A stretch of DNA of 64,000 nt from positions 62,001-126,000 of the IMG/VR virus record IMGVR_UViG_3300010403_000705. One strand, written 5' to 3'. Position 1 is the stretch's first letter; the number at the start of each line of letters is the position of its first letter. Below are positions 55,877 through 64,000 of the stretch, in pieces. Made by a program: the position numbers and the translations under genes. The notes beneath the pieces are model-generated. The model was not told the origin of the DNA. It ran no database searches and saw only the letters and a program-made list of their open reading frames with translations.

Positions 55877-57745
55877 ATGAATGATGATAAAAAATTATTT
55901 GAAAGATTAAAAAACGATTTATTAAATATTGATCCTGTAAGTTGGACAGAGAGATATCTTACGTTAGATGGAAAACCATTTCGTTTAACAGGAAATGGTT
56001 TTAAGCCTTTTGCAGATATTTATAGATATATTGGAATTAAAGCATTAGAACCAAACGCTATGCCAATTATCCTAGTTAAGGGTCGTCAGGTTGGAGCAAC
56101 TACTATGGCAAGTGCATTAGAAATGTACTTCATGGGATCTGGTATATTCGGTAATGGTGAAAAACCTCCAATTAGAATTATTCATGCTTTTCCACAATTA
56201 GAATTAGCAGCAGCTTATTCTAAAACAAAATTAAATCAAATGATTTCCTCTTCTTTACCATTGCCTGGAGAAGATAATAAAAAAAATAATAAAACTAAAT
56301 CATATATGCAATCACTGTTAGACCAAACAAGTGCCACCAATGATTCTTTACATTTTAAACAATTTATTGGAGGAAACCATATTTGGGTAGAATCTACTGG
56401 ACTAGATGCTGATCGAATCATGGGACGTACGGCTGATGTTATTTTTTTTGACGAAGTTCAAAAAACAACAAGTCAGGCTATTGGGAATGCATTAAAAATT
56501 TTAACAACTTCTAAATACGGAAAAATAAATAAAGGCGTTCAAGTGTATTTTGGAACTCCACGTCGAAAAGGATCTGATTATCATAAGATGTGGCAAAGCT
56601 CTACTCAACAATATTTTTACCTTGGTTGTGAAAAATGTAACAAGCATTTTCCATTGTATACCCCTGGAACTGATGAATGGGAAAATATTTGGATTCATGG
56701 GTACATAGTTAAATGTACGCATTGTGGGTATGAGCAAGATAAAAGGCAAGCAGCAGAAAGAGGAAAATGGGTTGCATTAAAATCAGAAGCAAATGATGAT
56801 TGTAAAATGGTAGGTTTTCATATTAATCAATTATATATGCCTACATTTACAAAAGAAGATTTAATTAATGAAAAACCAGGTAATCATCCTATTAACACTG
56901 AACGAGTCTATAAAAATGAAGTTTTGGGAGAGTTTTATCAAGGAGATGCCTCTCCAATTACACCAGAAGAGATTAGAGAATTATGTGGAGAACCAGGGAG
57001 AAAATTTAGAGCCAGAATTGAACCTAGTAAAGAACAAATAATAGTACTAGGTATAGATTATGGTGCTAGAGCAGATTTAGAACAATTAGCTAATCCAGAC
57101 AAAGTAAAATTATCAGGTCAATCGTATAGCACCGCTGTTGTTTTAATGGCAACTGGTCCAAACTTGTTATCTATTGAATTTGCTACAAAATTCAAACGTA
57201 ATGATATGGAAAGTAAAAAAGGTTTGATTGATCAGATTATGAGACAATATAGTATACAGTTAGCAATAGGAGATATTGGTTTTTCACAAGATTTTTCGAC
57301 TATGTTACATACTTCATATGGAGACAGGTACTTAGTTTCCAGAGCTCATAATAAGGTAAATGGATATGTTAAATTTTCTGCTGATGCTTACCCAAAAGAG
57401 ATAGTTTTTGAAAGAGATCATTATATCGGTGAGTTGTATGAACAAATGAAAAAAGGAAATATAAAATTTCCTTTTGGAGATTATGAAAAATTAGCTTGGT
57501 TAATAGAACATTGTGCTAGTATGGAAATTAAACCATCCATGTCTAAATATGGGGATCATAGTATTCACTATGTAAAAGGCGGTACACCTAATGATGGTTT
57601 CATGGCTTTATTAAACGCTTACTTAGCTTATAAATTCGTTATAACTAAAGGTTTTACTAGTAATAATCCATTATTGCAACAACAAGTTTTTAAAGAAGTG
57701 AATAAACCATTAGCACTTACTGGATATATAAGCCGTAAATTTTAA
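55877..57745 (+). CDS. terminase large subunit (lambda GpA-like)
   Basis: KGRQVGATT Walker A, FFDEVQ Walker B, GTP motif, CEKC...CTHC Zn motif, GFHINQL, NEVLGEFY, nuclease GIDYG. Confidence 0.88.
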   Translation: MNDDKKLFERLKNDLLNIDPVSWTERYLTLDGKPFRLTGNGFKPFADIYRYIGIKALEPNAMPIILVKGRQVGATTMASALEMYFMGSGIFGNGEKPPIRIIHAFPQLELAAAYSKTKLNQMISSSLPLPGEDNKKNNKTKSYMQSLLDQTSATNDSLHFKQFIGGNHIWVESTGLDADRIMGRTADVIFFDEVQKTTSQAIGNALKILTTSKYGKINKGVQVYFGTPRRKGSDYHKMWQSSTQQYFYLGCEKCNKHFPLYTPGTDEWENIWIHGYIVKCTHCGYEQDKRQAAERGKWVALKSEANDDCKMVGFHINQLYMPTFTKEDLINEKPGNHPINTERVYKNEVLGEFYQGDASPITPEEIRELCGEPGRKFRARIEPSKEQIIVLGIDYGARADLEQLANPDKVKLSGQSYSTAVVLMATGPNLLSIEFATKFKRNDMESKKGLIDQIMRQYSIQLAIGDIGFSQDFSTMLHTSYGDRYLVSRAHNKVNGYVKFSADAYPKEIVFERDHYIGELYEQMKKGNIKFPFGDYEKLAWLIEHCASMEIKPSMSKYGDHSIHYVKGGTPNDGFMALLNAYLAYKFVITKGFTSNNPLLQQQVFKEVNKPLALTGYISRKF

Positions 57746-57802
57746 TTCAATGATATATTATTTCTTGAGTATAGGGTATAGTTATTGAATTAATGAGGCT
57801 GC

Positions 57803-59626
57803 ATGGCTATAAATAAATCTACAAAAAAATGGGTTGGACCATCCAATTCAGAACAGTTTTTACAAAAAAGATCTACTGTTCCACAAGTAAGTGCCCTAAT
57901 GGCTCAAGGTATTTCGAGTGTTAGAAGAGATATTTTATCTGAAGAAGTCGATCAAGGATTTTTTAGAGACGGATCTGGTCCTTCTAATAAACAGAATGAT
58001 TTAACACATAATTCTCATGTCACCGCATCAGTAGGTGTAAAAAAATACGCACAAGTATTAAGTGGAGGTGGTAATTATCGTGGTGGTAATGGAGATACTG
58101 TTAAACAAACGCCAGAAGTATATTCTCCACTGTGGCTTAATAGTAACTTAAACCTTCCTAGAGATAGAGCAACTATTAATGCATGGTGTCGTAGTTTTTA
58201 TGCTTTAAATCCCTTCGTACATAACGCAATTAATTTACATAGTACATATCCAATTAGTAAACTAAATATTAAATGTTCGAATAAAGATATTGAAAAATTC
58301 TTCAATGATATGAGTGAAGAAATAGATTTAATGAATATTTGCGTACAAATAGCTCAAGAATATTGGTTACTAGGTGAAGCATTTGTATATTCTGAATTAG
58401 ATGAAAGTAAAGGCAAATGGAGTAGGTTATTGATTCAAAATCCTGATCATATGCTTGTTAAACGTACTGTAGTGACCACTGACCCTATAATTATGTTGCG
58501 TCCAGATGAAAATTTAAAAAACATTGTATTTTCTAATAAACCAACAGACATTGAACAACGTAAACAACTAAATCAATATATTATAGATTCTGTTAAACGT
58601 GGAGAAAATATCACACTAGATAATTTTCATGTATCTCATTTAGCAAGAAGAATTAGCCCGTATGAAATAAGAGGCACTGGTCTTCCTGTTTGTATATTTA
58701 GACAATTAATGTTATTTGATAAGTTAAGAGAATCTAAATATGCACAGGCTGATAATATGATTAATCCATTAACTCTAGTAAAAATTGGCACAGATGGACC
58801 TGAAGGCTTACATCCAACATTTGGTGATTTAGAAGCATGGAGAAATATTTTTGAAGAAGCACAATATGATAAAGATTTTAAAATCTTTACACACGCTGGT
58901 ATTGATGTGCAGAGAGTGGGGTATGGTCAAGGCATATATGATATCTCTGGAGATATCACTCAAATAATTAAAGAAATTTATGTTGGCTTACAAGTTCCGC
59001 CAGTATTGATGGATGGTGGTGCAGATACAACTTATGCTAATGGTGGTGTGGCGCTTGATGTATTAAGACAACGATACATGCAGTTCCGTAATATGATGTC
59101 TGCTTGGTTGAAAAGACAAATATTTGCTCCAATATCAAAAATTCAGGGATTTTATGATTATTCTGGTGGAGAAAAACAACTTATAGTACCAGAGATTGAC
59201 TGGAATCATATGTCATTATTTGATGCTGGTGATTATATTAATACTTTAGTTACTCTTACACAAGGTCAAGATGATCAAAAACGTGCTTCTTTACACACAT
59301 TGTATCGTTCTATGGGTCTTGAATTTGAAGATGAAAATAGAAAAATACGTAAAGAAGCAATTCAAAATGCAATTGTAAAAAAAGAAAAAATGGCTTTAGA
59401 AGCATTAGATTTAAATTCACTAAGAGCTTTAGATGAAGAAGAGGAAATTCCTCAAGCACAAACTCAACAGCCAGGAACAGAAAACGCAGTACCGGGTCAA
59501 ATGCCTTCTCCTACTAGTATGCCTGGATTAGATTTAGGTGCACCTCCTGGTATGTCAGCTTCTCCAATGCCTTCAGGACCAGCATCAGGACCTACTGATT
59601 CTGCACCTCCTCCTGTTCCCGCATAA
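57803..59626 (+). CDS. portal protein
   Basis: Directly after terminase; FYALNPFVHNAINLHSTYP, EYWLLGEAF, ISPYEIRGT; Pro-rich C-terminal tail. Confidence 0.8.
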   Translation: MAINKSTKKWVGPSNSEQFLQKRSTVPQVSALMAQGISSVRRDILSEEVDQGFFRDGSGPSNKQNDLTHNSHVTASVGVKKYAQVLSGGGNYRGGNGDTVKQTPEVYSPLWLNSNLNLPRDRATINAWCRSFYALNPFVHNAINLHSTYPISKLNIKCSNKDIEKFFNDMSEEIDLMNICVQIAQEYWLLGEAFVYSELDESKGKWSRLLIQNPDHMLVKRTVVTTDPIIMLRPDENLKNIVFSNKPTDIEQRKQLNQYIIDSVKRGENITLDNFHVSHLARRISPYEIRGTGLPVCIFRQLMLFDKLRESKYAQADNMINPLTLVKIGTDGPEGLHPTFGDLEAWRNIFEEAQYDKDFKIFTHAGIDVQRVGYGQGIYDISGDITQIIKEIYVGLQVPPVLMDGGADTTYANGGVALDVLRQRYMQFRNMMSAWLKRQIFAPISKIQGFYDYSGGEKQLIVPEIDWNHMSLFDAGDYINTLVTLTQGQDDQKRASLHTLYRSMGLEFEDENRKIRKEAIQNAIVKKEKMALEALDLNSLRALDEEEEIPQAQTQQPGTENAVPGQMPSPTSMPGLDLGAPPGMSASPMPSGPASGPTDSAPPPVPA

Positions 59627-59717
59627 CTAATAAAGAATAAATAAACTAAGTACCTTTTACGTGTATGTATAATCTTGTATTGTTTTACAGATTATATATA
59701 GATAAAGGGTTTTTACT

Positions 59718-60953
59718 ATGCAGAAAACTGCTCAAAAAAGAAGTCTTCTTAATAAACTAAAAGAAATGACAGATGTTGGCGGAATTGCCACTGAAAAATA
59801 TTTCAATCCAGAATTCAAAGAAATTATGGATCAATTACGCAACGTAGATGATGGTGCTAGAGCTATTGCGGCAGGTGAACAGGTAGGAGAGGCATCTGCG
59901 CCAGCAGACGCAATTAGTTTGAAAGATCTTTTAAAATCTGTTAAATCAAATATAAACAGACGTGAATATATGAAATCTGTAGCTGATTTAGGAAGATTTC
60001 ATAGAAAAATGTTTGATATTACACACTTGATATCTCTTTTTAATTCTAATGTAGATAAAATTCATGAGAGATTTTTATTTCAAGACTTAGATGAAGATAG
60101 TAAAAAACATTTACAGTATTTTAAAAGCAAATGGTCTAGTGCAAACATACATCAACCATATTTTATTAAAGAAGCTAATATACTAGATTTTTTTACTAAT
60201 ATAGCTACTGAGAGAGGTAGAGCACTTTCATCTTGGGAAAAAAGATATCCTAATAGGATAAAAAAATTAAAAACTGATGTAACTACTATATTAGAAGCTT
60301 CTGAAAAAAATTTAAATATATTATTGTCAGTTTTAAAAGATATGGCTAAAGCTAGAGCTTCTAGGAATCCAGACAGCTATATTGCATCTGCTAGTAAAAT
60401 TACTAGCAATTTTAAAAATTATGATGATATGTTCAAAAAATTCTATGATGAACATGTTAAAGGATTTTTAGAAAAACAAGAATTCTTTGCGCCTACTAAA
60501 ACAGATACCTCAGAAAAAACAGAAGATTTGTCAAAAAAAGATATTCAAGTAGAAACAAAAAATACTACCAATAATAATGTGCCCTTAATAAATCCTACAA
60601 ATATTATCAAACCAATAATACCTTCATTACCACCCATACCACAATTTCCCGGTCGTTCTACTTCAGTTTCAGAAACTGCTAAAAATTTAACAGTAAATCC
60701 AAATGATTTTTCAAAAACAATAGAGGAGGGTGCCCCACAATTTGAAGAAGATAAATTTGATGAAACAGCTACTATTCCAAATAGTAAAGTAGCTCCAGCA
60801 CATCAGAAATTTATGAATTCTTTAGTCTCAATAAGTGAAGAATCGCCTATTTTATTATCAGCCCATATAAATAGATACGCAAAGGCTATTCTTCCTAGAG
60901 ATCCAGAAACCGCAATAAAACTATTTAAATTAGTTAAATCTATTAAGGATTAA
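59718..60953 (+). CDS. hypothetical protein, probable internal head protein
   Basis: 411 aa; MQKTAQ and FIKEAN motifs. Confidence 0.6.
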   Translation: MQKTAQKRSLLNKLKEMTDVGGIATEKYFNPEFKEIMDQLRNVDDGARAIAAGEQVGEASAPADAISLKDLLKSVKSNINRREYMKSVADLGRFHRKMFDITHLISLFNSNVDKIHERFLFQDLDEDSKKHLQYFKSKWSSANIHQPYFIKEANILDFFTNIATERGRALSSWEKRYPNRIKKLKTDVTTILEASEKNLNILLSVLKDMAKARASRNPDSYIASASKITSNFKNYDDMFKKFYDEHVKGFLEKQEFFAPTKTDTSEKTEDLSKKDIQVETKNTTNNNVPLINPTNIIKPIIPSLPPIPQFPGRSTSVSETAKNLTVNPNDFSKTIEEGAPQFEEDKFDETATIPNSKVAPAHQKFMNSLVSISEESPILLSAHINRYAKAILPRDPETAIKLFKLVKSIKD

Positions 60954-60954
60954 T

Positions 60955-61938
60955 ATGGGTGCCAGAGTTAAACGTGTTAAAACAAATGTATCTACAGAGC
61001 AAATAACGCAAGCTGTTATTAATGCATGGGTAGAATTATTTCATGTTGTACCCTCTAAAGAACAAATAGCAATGGTTTTAGCTCAAAATGCATTAGAAAC
61101 TGGTCATAGAAAAAGTATGTGGAATTATAATATTGGTAATATTACGACAGATGGTAAAGGCGGATATGACTTTTTTGATGATTTACCAACAGACGAACAA
61201 GTGAAACCTGGTGTATGGAAGAAAATGAGTCTTAAATATAGAGCATATCCTTCTTTAAAAGAAGGTATGCAAGATTATTTAAAATTTATAAGTGGAAAAA
61301 AATATGCCAATGCTTGGCAGCATATACTACATCCTAATCCAGCAGCTTTTTCTAAAGCCTTAAAACAGTCTGGTTATTACACAGCAAATGAGGCTCCATA
61401 CACAAAAACTTTAACAAAATTATATAATCAATATTCGAAATCTAAGATTGATAAAATACAACCTGTTTTCGATAAAAATGTTATACCCCATAATGATAAC
61501 CAATTAAATCACATTTTAGATGATTATTTACAAATGGTAGCAGCTTCCGAAAAAAATAATAAAAAAATATACAAAAAACTATTACCATTTAATAATATAT
61601 TAGTAAAAATAAATTCTATCGATTATAATAATTCTATAGAATTTGCCAGGATATTATGTTCGGCACTAGAAGAAGAATTAATGGCAACTGCATATACACA
61701 TACAGATGGTAACTCTATAGAAATAGAATGTGTTATTCCTGGTCCTGCACAAGATTGTCTATATGCTACGATGCAACTAACTAGTTCAGTAGCAGATGCT
61801 TTTAGAGTTGCCACTAAAAAAATTGGTAGTATAGATGTAACTACTCAGTGTACGCTAAACAAAAAATCTTCTTATAAACAAATAGGATTCAAATCTGCTG
61901 AATGTCAACATAGAAAATTTTTAATGAAATTTATTTGA
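60955..61938 (+). CDS. GH73/FlgJ-like glucosaminidase fused to unknown C-terminal domain
   Basis: AQNALETG, NIGNI, YRAYPSL.EG..DY, LK.SGYYTA. Confidence 0.8.
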   Translation: MGARVKRVKTNVSTEQITQAVINAWVELFHVVPSKEQIAMVLAQNALETGHRKSMWNYNIGNITTDGKGGYDFFDDLPTDEQVKPGVWKKMSLKYRAYPSLKEGMQDYLKFISGKKYANAWQHILHPNPAAFSKALKQSGYYTANEAPYTKTLTKLYNQYSKSKIDKIQPVFDKNVIPHNDNQLNHILDDYLQMVAASEKNNKKIYKKLLPFNNILVKINSIDYNNSIEFARILCSALEEELMATAYTHTDGNSIEIECVIPGPAQDCLYATMQLTSSVADAFRVATKKIGSIDVTTQCTLNKKSSYKQIGFKSAECQHRKFLMKFI

Positions 61939-61945
61939 GGTAATA

Positions 61946-62329
61946 ATGGTAACAGAAATAGAAATTCAAGATTTAGTGCAAAAATTTGGAGGGGCTGAAA
62001 AAACATTTGCTGAATTTTTAGGAGAATTATTTAAAGATAAATTCATAGAAATTTATTTCGGAGAATCATATGAAGAAGTAAGCACAGAACAAGTCTCTAC
62101 TTCTTATCCAGCCGTTTTTTGTGGAAAAGTAATAGCAGCTTATAAAACATGCTTGATTGTTAATGGGGCATATGTAAATAATAAAAAAATGCAGATTGGC
62201 AACATAATTTTTATAAACGAAAGTGCTATTAAAGCTGTAACAGAGATTGACGGTAAAGGCATTTTAGAAGAGTTATTATTAAGAAGCAAAGAATCTTTAA
62301 ATGTAAAAACAAATTTTATAAATAAATAA
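61946..62329 (+). CDS. hypothetical protein
   Basis: 127 aa, GAGG RBS. Confidence 0.6.
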   Translation: MVTEIEIQDLVQKFGGAEKTFAEFLGELFKDKFIEIYFGESYEEVSTEQVSTSYPAVFCGKVIAAYKTCLIVNGAYVNNKKMQIGNIIFINESAIKAVTEIDGKGILEELLLRSKESLNVKTNFINK

Positions 62330-62333
62330 TAAC

Positions 62334-63074
62334 ATGTATAACCTAGATCAAATTACGAAGATGGCGTATATGTATGAAAATGTATGCTTATCTTTTACTA
62401 AAGAAAGTCGTATTGTAAAATTACCTAACGATAAGTACCGTGTACTTTCTGAAAAAGGTAAAAATCTAGGTACTTCTAATTCAAAAGCCGAGGCTAAAAC
62501 AAGATTAAAACAAATAGAATATTTTAAGCATAAAGATGATAATAAGGCAGAAGATAGTCAACATTTAGACTTAACTAAAACAGATGAATTTTCTTACTCA
62601 GCTATTATGCGATGTTTAAGACAACAAGCTTCAAAAGAACAAGTGGTGGATTTTTTGAAACTCTTTAAGAAAGAGTTTGATAGAGCTGTGAAAAATAAGT
62701 TACAAAGACCAGAAAAAATAGCTCTACAAAATTCTTTAATAAAATTAAACAAGATTCATCCAATAAAAATAAATAGAAAATTAGTTAAAACAGCGGCTAT
62801 TAGTGAATTAGGAGATCCTATATGGGTTGGAAAATATCTAGCGGATATTATTAGATTTAGTTTAAATAGAATATCTGCTGACAAACGTCCTCTGGCATTG
62901 AATAGATTAAGAAATAAAATTTATAATATGAATGAAAATGAGATTGGATCCAAGAATATGCCAGCCACCTCTTCTATGGGGCAATCCATTACTTTCGTCA
63001 AACATGTGCTATTTAATCATGATCCACAATATGTACGAGCTGTGTTAAATAACATAACTAGGAATTTGGTATGA
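62334..63074 (+). CDS. hypothetical protein, probable head protein
   Basis: YRVLSEKGKNLGT..SK.EA..RLKQIEYFKH module; ITKMA, FTKES, LVKTA motifs. Confidence 0.6.
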   Translation: MYNLDQITKMAYMYENVCLSFTKESRIVKLPNDKYRVLSEKGKNLGTSNSKAEAKTRLKQIEYFKHKDDNKAEDSQHLDLTKTDEFSYSAIMRCLRQQASKEQVVDFLKLFKKEFDRAVKNKLQRPEKIALQNSLIKLNKIHPIKINRKLVKTAAISELGDPIWVGKYLADIIRFSLNRISADKRPLALNRLRNKIYNMNENEIGSKNMPATSSMGQSITFVKHVLFNHDPQYVRAVLNNITRNLV

Positions 63075-63802
63075 TTCAAAAGCTACAAAAAGTTACTAAC
63101 GGTTTATATCGAGGTGGCGCCCCAACTCCTAAAGATGTGCTATGGCTCAAAGAGAATTTACATATTAATAAAATAATAAGTTTAGATCAAATGGCAGGTA
63201 CTAAAATTAATCGTGTATGTGAGATGTTACATATACAACATATTAATTTACCTATTGATAGCTCTCGCCAATCATTATTAAATGTGCTACAACATGATTT
63301 AAAAAAATTATTATTAAACAATGGACCTACTTATATCCATTGTCAAGCAGGCAAAGATCGCACAGGTTTAATTATCGCTTTATTCAAATGTAAATATATG
63401 AATGTTGATCCAGAAGTATCTATCAAAGAAGCTAAATCTTTAGGTTTTGGAATTGGAATTGATCCTCGTATTACTCAATTATATGAAAAGATAATTAGAA
63501 AATGCAAACCATCTAGAGATATAAATAATTCAGATATAGTCTCTAATGAAAGAGAATATAAAAACGATAACCAGGATTCTTTCTTAGAAACAACGTATCA
63601 AGGATCTTTTTCAACATATTTAGATACCACTATACAAAATTCTATGGATGATGCATATAATTATATGAACGTACAAGTCTATGAGCCAATAAAAATGCAT
63701 CAATCTAAGAATAATATACCGCAAGTAGGAATATTTAATAACGATGCTGGAGTAAAAGGTTTTGGTCCTACTGAAAATTATGGTGGGTTTTTTTATGATT
63801 AA
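63071..63802 (+). CDS. protein tyrosine/dual-specificity phosphatase
   Basis: LYRGGAP, IISL, P-loop HCQAGKDRTG. Confidence 0.88.
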   Translation: MIQKLQKVTNGLYRGGAPTPKDVLWLKENLHINKIISLDQMAGTKINRVCEMLHIQHINLPIDSSRQSLLNVLQHDLKKLLLNNGPTYIHCQAGKDRTGLIIALFKCKYMNVDPEVSIKEAKSLGFGIGIDPRITQLYEKIIRKCKPSRDINNSDIVSNEREYKNDNQDSFLETTYQGSFSTYLDTTIQNSMDDAYNYMNVQVYEPIKMHQSKNNIPQVGIFNNDAGVKGFGPTENYGGFFYD

Positions 63803-64000
63803 AAAATCTTATTCAGTTCAAATGACATATGATGTGTCAGATTCAGAGAAGCTACAAGCAGAGCGCGCCTTATTATGTTTTAATCATGTATTAAAATTAT
63901 TGGACATTGCTTCTAATCATTTAGATATTATGAAAACGCCATTCAAAAATAATCCAGAGATGTCTCCCGAAGAAGTAATGAAAGCTCGTGCGGCTATTAG
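63795..64000 (+). CDS. hypothetical protein, 3' truncated by window edge
   Basis: MIKKSYSVQMTYDVSDSEK... open to the end of the window. Confidence 0.6.
   Translation, partial: MIKKSYSVQMTYDVSDSEKLQAERALLCFNHVLKLLDIASNHLDIMKTPFKNNPEMSPEEVMKARAAI

Noticed and set aside
31547-57745. Inteins or introns in dnaE, recA or terminase
   Set aside because: Protein lengths are normal, and no intein C/S...HN-C/S/T boundaries or LAGLIDADG blocks are seen.
59460-59626. Pro/Ser-rich repetitive, higher-GC tail of portal as a foreign insertion
   Set aside because: It is an in-frame low-complexity tail, similar to the Pro-rich linkers in 50235-52088; the GC rise follows amino-acid composition.
4915-61814. 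Numerous short ORFs in the track lying inside longer genes (for example 4915-5142, 15487-15810, 38870-39235, 51251-51730, 53688-54047, 13775-13978)
   Set aside because: They are shadow frames fully overlapping well-supported genes, with no motifs or RBS.
1-64000. Interpretation as a bacterial chromosome or eukaryotic giant virus
   Set aside because: The housekeeping-like genes are divergent, lack normal operon context, and are interspersed with hypotheticals, a gp32-like SSB, terminase and portal. SD-type RBSs and DnaE argue against an NCLDV.
1-64000. tRNA, rRNA or tmRNA genes
   Set aside because: Intergenic gaps are short and AT-rich, with no cloverleaf or T-loop (GTTCRA in tRNA context) found by eye. 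tRNAscan/Infernal would be needed to exclude them fully.
1-64000. Stop-codon reassignment (alternative genetic code)
   Set aside because: Long conserved genes are uninterrupted in the standard code, and TAA, TGA and TAG all terminate genes at expected positions.

Overview
This very AT-rich, gene-dense 64 kb segment is best read as part of a large tailed (jumbo/huge) bacteriophage genome. Almost all real genes are on the + strand and use the standard code. 1-45 kb is a replication, recombination and host-takeover region with bacterial-type genes: DnaE, topoisomerase I, SbcCD, RecA, SSB, RuvC, a split DnaG primase, FtsK and two HU/IHF-like proteins. It also holds a rich translation/proteostasis set: ribosomal protein bS21, a peptide deformylase-SEC-C fusion, trigger factor, DnaJ, an inactive+active ClpP pair, an M41 peptidase, an AAA+ ATPase, a Cys-less thioredoxin and DksA. 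45.8-64 kb is a head-morphogenesis region with a GpA-like large terminase, a portal, many hypothetical proteins, and embedded enzymes (CCA/poly(A)-type nucleotidyltransferase, GH73 muramidase, tyrosine phosphatase). Patterns the annotation does not explain: (1) a shared C-terminal tag, helix-[L/M/C]K[A/I]FW-stop, on unrelated small inserted genes, with an orphan copy in frame behind a sigma-like gene; (2) a recurrent K-x-[A/S/G] motif in morphogenesis proteins (candidate prohead-protease site); (3) an IS607-derived HTH lacking its recombinase, next to a 34-bp perfect palindrome and 9-bp repeats; (4) a 27-bp perfect inverted repeat inside a CDS; (5) several homing-endonuclease scars. I saw no tRNA, rRNA or CRISPR array. 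All calls come from recognising motifs by eye; no searches were run.
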